This document shows positions 36,970-40,159 of a stretch of 40,159 bases of DNA, piece after piece (the first letter of the stretch is position 1; each line of letters opens with the position of its first letter). Below the pieces are notes generated by a model. The model was given only the letters and a program-made list of their open reading frames with translations, was not told the origin of the DNA and ran no database searches. Where the stretch lies: NCBI GenBank assembly GCA_027021705.1, contig JALUTT010000081.1, forward strand, positions 1 to 40,159, given 5' to 3'. The position numbers were made by a program, and so were the translations under genes. The DNA comes from Anaerolineae bacterium. GTDB taxonomy: Bacteria > Chloroflexota > Anaerolineae > S140-20.

Positions 36970-36994
36970 AGAGTCACTTCCAAAACGTTTCGGT
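36947..36994. promoter_or_regulatory. Two LacI-family operators
   Basis: The perfect palindrome TCCAAAACGTTTTGGA sits in the promoter spacer (36947-62). TCCAAAACGTTTCGGT follows at 36979-94. Both have the central CG typical of LacI operators. Confidence 0.8.
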
Positions 36995-37154
36995 TGGGCG
37001 GCTTCCCTTCCCCTGAAGTCCCCGGAGCGCCGTAGATGTAAAAAGGCTGCCCCCGAAACGTGGTGAGCTCGGTAGACGGAGAGCGCCTCAAGGACCATCC
37101 TGAGGGTTGTGGGCCGTGCCGTCTACGGGCGCCCGTCATCATTTGTGACGCTTT

Positions 37155-38174
37155 ATGCCCGTTACCCTCCGCGACATTGCCGAAAAGGTCGGTTATTCCA
37201 TCACGACGGTCTCCCGGGCCCTGGCCGGCTACGACGACGTGGCCGAAGAAACGCGCCGGCTCATCCTGCAGACGGCCCAGGAGATGGGGTACCATCCCAA
37301 CATCCCGGCTCGGCAGCTCCAGCGCCGACGGACCGACACCCTCGGGTTCGTCATCGCCACCTTCGGGCCACGCTTTTCTGACCCTTTCCTTAGTGAGTTG
37401 CTGGCCGGCATCGGCAACGAGGCGGCCCGTCACGAATTCGACCTGCTGGTCGCCACCCACCCGCCTCGCTCGGCCAACGAACTGCACGCTTACCGACGGC
37501 TGGTACGGGGACGCCGGGTAGATGGCCTCATCATCACCCGAACCCGGGTCCACGATGAACGGATCGCCTACCTGCTGGAGCAGAAGGTCCCTTTCGCCAC
37601 CTTCGGCCGTAGCGAGGTCGAAGGCGACTTCCCTTGGGTGGACGTGGATGGGGAGGCTGGACTGGTGCAGGTGACCCGTCACCTCATCCAGCAAGGCCAT
37701 CGGCGCATCGCCATCATCTTGCCTCCGGCCGATCTGATGTTCTCCCGTTTTCGGGAGGCCGGCTTCCGCCGGGCTATGGCTGAGAGCGAGTTGCCCGTCC
37801 AAGAGGCTTGGGTAACCTGGGGGGACCTGACGGAGCAGGGAGGATACCAGGCCGCCCGTCGCCTACTGGGCCAGCATCCCGCGCCCACGGCGATCATCGC
37901 CGGCAACGACGTGATGGCCATCGGGGCGATCCGGGCCGCCCGAGAGCACGGCCTGACGGTGGGACGAGAGATCGCCATCGCCGGCTTTGACGACATCCCG
38001 ATGGCCGAGCACACCACGCCGCCCCTGACCACCCTACGTCAGCCCATCTACGAGATCGGGCGACGGCTCTGTCGTATGCTCATCGCCCTCCTGCGCGGTG
38101 AGACTTTGGAGCACCCCCACGTGCTCCTGCAACCGGAACTGGTCATCCGGCAGTCCACGGTCCCCGAAGCGTGA
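37155..38174 (+). CDS. LacI-family transcriptional regulator
   Basis: 'TLRDIAEKVGYSITTVSRAL', 'MGYHPN', 'GFDD' and 'PPLTT'. Confidence 0.96.
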   Translation: MPVTLRDIAEKVGYSITTVSRALAGYDDVAEETRRLILQTAQEMGYHPNIPARQLQRRRTDTLGFVIATFGPRFSDPFLSELLAGIGNEAARHEFDLLVATHPPRSANELHAYRRLVRGRRVDGLIITRTRVHDERIAYLLEQKVPFATFGRSEVEGDFPWVDVDGEAGLVQVTRHLIQQGHRRIAIILPPADLMFSRFREAGFRRAMAESELPVQEAWVTWGDLTEQGGYQAARRLLGQHPAPTAIIAGNDVMAIGAIRAAREHGLTVGREIAIAGFDDIPMAEHTTPPLTTLRQPIYEIGRRLCRMLIALLRGETLEHPHVLLQPELVIRQSTVPEA

Positions 38175-38322
38175 AGAACTAGGGAAAGGAGGTGGTGCCC
38201 TCGTCTCCTGCTGCTGAAGTGCCTCACACCCCGATCTGTCGGTGAACTTGCAGTGCTTGTTTGAGTTCACCGCCGACTGGGGACGCCCCACGACTCGCAA
38301 TCTTGGGTAAAGGAGGTTTCCC

Positions 38323-39837
38323 ATGGAGAAAAGACTCGCCTTGCTGTTGGCCTCGCTGATCATCCTGAGCCTGGTGTTGGGGGCCTGCGCCCAGCCAACC
38401 CCGGAGAAGGAGATCGTCGAGAAGACCGTCGTTGTCACCAAAGTCGTCGAGAAGCCCGGTGAGAAGATCGTTGAGACCAAGATCGTTGAGAAGACGGTCG
38501 AGGTCGAGAAGCAGGTCGAGGTGGTCAAGCCGGGCGAAACCATCGTCTTCTGGAGCACCGAGAACCAGCCCGCCCGCGCCGAGCGCACCCAGCAGATCAT
38601 CAATCGCTTCACCGAGCAGACGGGCATCGGCGTCGAGTTGGTGCTGGTGGACGAGAACGCCATTGACAGCTTGATGGCTGCCAACCAGGCCGCCGGCACT
38701 ATGCCCGATGTGGTCTTCTTCCCGCTGGACTTCGCCGCCACCTGGTACGCCCAGGGCGTCCTGGATGCCGATGCGGCCACCGCCGTCGTCCAGGACCTGG
38801 ACCCGGCCACCTTCTCCGAGGGCGCGCTGACGATGGTCACGACCGATGACGGCAAGTACATGGCGGTGCCGTCGGACGGCTGGGGCCAGTTGCTCATCTA
38901 CCGCAAGGACTGGTTCGATGAGCTGGGCCTGGAGCCGCCCACGGACTTCGATAAGATCATGGAAGCGGCCAAGACCATCCAGGAGAAGAAGGGCGTTACC
39001 GGCATTATGGCAGGCACCGACCCCGGCCAGGTCTTCACCCAGCAGTGCTTCGAGCACTTCGCCCTGGCCAACGGTGTGCAGCTCACCGACGCCGAGGGGA
39101 ACGTGACCCTGAACACGCCGCAGATGGTGGAGGCGCTGAAGTTCTACACCGACCTGATGCGGGACTACGGCCCCGGCGACACGGCCACCTACTGGCTCCA
39201 GGCTCGGGCCAGCTACTTCGCCGGCGAGGCCGGTATGGTCGTCTGGTCCCCCTTCATCCTAGACGAGATGGCCGGCCTGCGCGACTCGGTGCTGCCCAAC
39301 TGCCCCGAGTGTGCCGATGATCCCGCCTATCTGGCCAAGAACAGCGGCGTCGTTCCCGCCTTCGCCGGCCCCAGCGGCAGCCCCGCTCAGTACGGCCAGG
39401 TCAGCTACATGGGCATCACCACCAACGCCAACACCGAGGCGGCCAAGCAGTTCGTTGAGTTCTGGCTCAACGACGGCTACCTGGACTGGCTGGGCGTCGC
39501 GGCCGAGGGCAAGTTCCCCATGCGGCGCGGCACGCCGGATGAGCCCAACAAGTTCCTGGAGGGCTGGGGCAACTTGAAGGTGGGCGTGGACCGCAAGGCC
39601 CCGTTGAGCGACTTCTACAGCGCCGAGGTTTTGGCCACCATCGTCGAGGGGGCCAACAACTTCGACCGCTGGGGCTTCGCCCAGGGGCAGGGTGAGCTGG
39701 TCGGCGCCATCTACTCCGAGCTGCCTATCCCTCAGGCCATCGCTGACATCATCGAAGGGGTAATGACGCCGGAGGAGGCAGCGGCCGAGCTCCAGGCCAC
39801 CGTCGAAGAGATCCAGGCCGCCTTGGCCGAGGAGTAG
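38323..39837 (+). CDS. Carbohydrate ABC transporter substrate-binding lipoprotein
   Basis: AGGAGG RBS, lipobox LGAC, a V/E/K/T-rich linker and CUT1-type motifs 'LLIYRKDWF' and 'ALKFY'. Confidence 0.9.
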   Translation: MEKRLALLLASLIILSLVLGACAQPTPEKEIVEKTVVVTKVVEKPGEKIVETKIVEKTVEVEKQVEVVKPGETIVFWSTENQPARAERTQQIINRFTEQTGIGVELVLVDENAIDSLMAANQAAGTMPDVVFFPLDFAATWYAQGVLDADAATAVVQDLDPATFSEGALTMVTTDDGKYMAVPSDGWGQLLIYRKDWFDELGLEPPTDFDKIMEAAKTIQEKKGVTGIMAGTDPGQVFTQQCFEHFALANGVQLTDAEGNVTLNTPQMVEALKFYTDLMRDYGPGDTATYWLQARASYFAGEAGMVVWSPFILDEMAGLRDSVLPNCPECADDPAYLAKNSGVVPAFAGPSGSPAQYGQVSYMGITTNANTEAAKQFVEFWLNDGYLDWLGVAAEGKFPMRRGTPDEPNKFLEGWGNLKVGVDRKAPLSDFYSAEVLATIVEGANNFDRWGFAQGQGELVGAIYSELPIPQAIADIIEGVMTPEEAAAELQATVEEIQAALAEE

Positions 39838-39954
39838 GAGGTGGCCCTGGTCGAGGGATGAGATCTCGCGTGACCAACATGGGTCGGCGTGGAGGCGATC
39901 GGTTGATCGTCCTGCGCCCCCAACGGGTTTTGGTCACCCTCAATGAGCTCAGCG

Positions 39955-39987
39955 GGTAGGGGCGACCAGCAACCGGTCGCCCCTACC
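39955..39987. repeat. GTAG-type REP palindrome
   Basis: GGTAGGGGCGACC-agcaacc-GGTCGCCCCTACC. Confidence 0.75.
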
Positions 39988-40019
39988 TCATCACCCTATT
40001 TCAGCAAGGAGGTTCGCCG

Positions 40020-40159
40020 ATGGCCGCACAACCGGGAGCAATCCGGCGTCGAGCTCCTAGTTTGAAGGCGCGGGAAGCCCGGCTGGCTTACACGCTGGTC
40101 ACGCCGACGCTCATCATCGTCCTCCTCATCGTCGTCTTCCCAATGATCTGGAACGTCGT
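40020..40159 (+). CDS. Carbohydrate ABC transporter permease (5' part, runs off the window)
   Basis: AAGGAGG RBS. Reads MAAQPGAIRRRAPSLKAREARLAYTLVTPTLIIVLLIVVFPMIWNV, a MalF-like N-terminus. Confidence 0.8.
   Translation, partial: MAAQPGAIRRRAPSLKAREARLAYTLVTPTLIIVLLIVVFPMIWNV

Overview
High-GC bacterial window. The gene content and intergenic repeats suggest a Chloroflexota (Anaerolineae-like) genome, which is an inference. The left half (0.2-23.5 kb, + strand) is a cell-envelope glycosylation-type locus. It holds two paralogous membrane-anchored LysM proteins with Pro/Thr-rich linkers and five large GT-C-fold membrane proteins: a GT39+DUF2298 fusion, a DUF2298 protein, a degenerate TIGR03663-like protein, a TIGR03663+NHL protein and a PTPS-related/YfhO-like protein. 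An Rpn-family nuclease gene with a likely nested antitoxin ORF and sucCD interrupt this locus. The middle (- strand) carries a SagB-type nitroreductase, an archaeal-type SAM synthetase and a 5'-truncated tnpB cut by a MITE-like element. The right half has a catabolic operon of a GcvT-family FAD oxidoreductase, a transaldolase-fold enzyme with a non-canonical active site and a HisC-like aminotransferase. This operon shares a perfectly symmetric bidirectional promoter with a DeoR regulator. Next come a putative 2-aminoethylphosphonate-type ABC transporter with a long structured leader, then an autoregulated LacI gene and a sugar ABC transporter. Two small MITE-like families, heptamer-type repeats and REP-like palindromes are scattered in the intergenic regions. 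All calls come from reading motifs by eye; no database searches were run.
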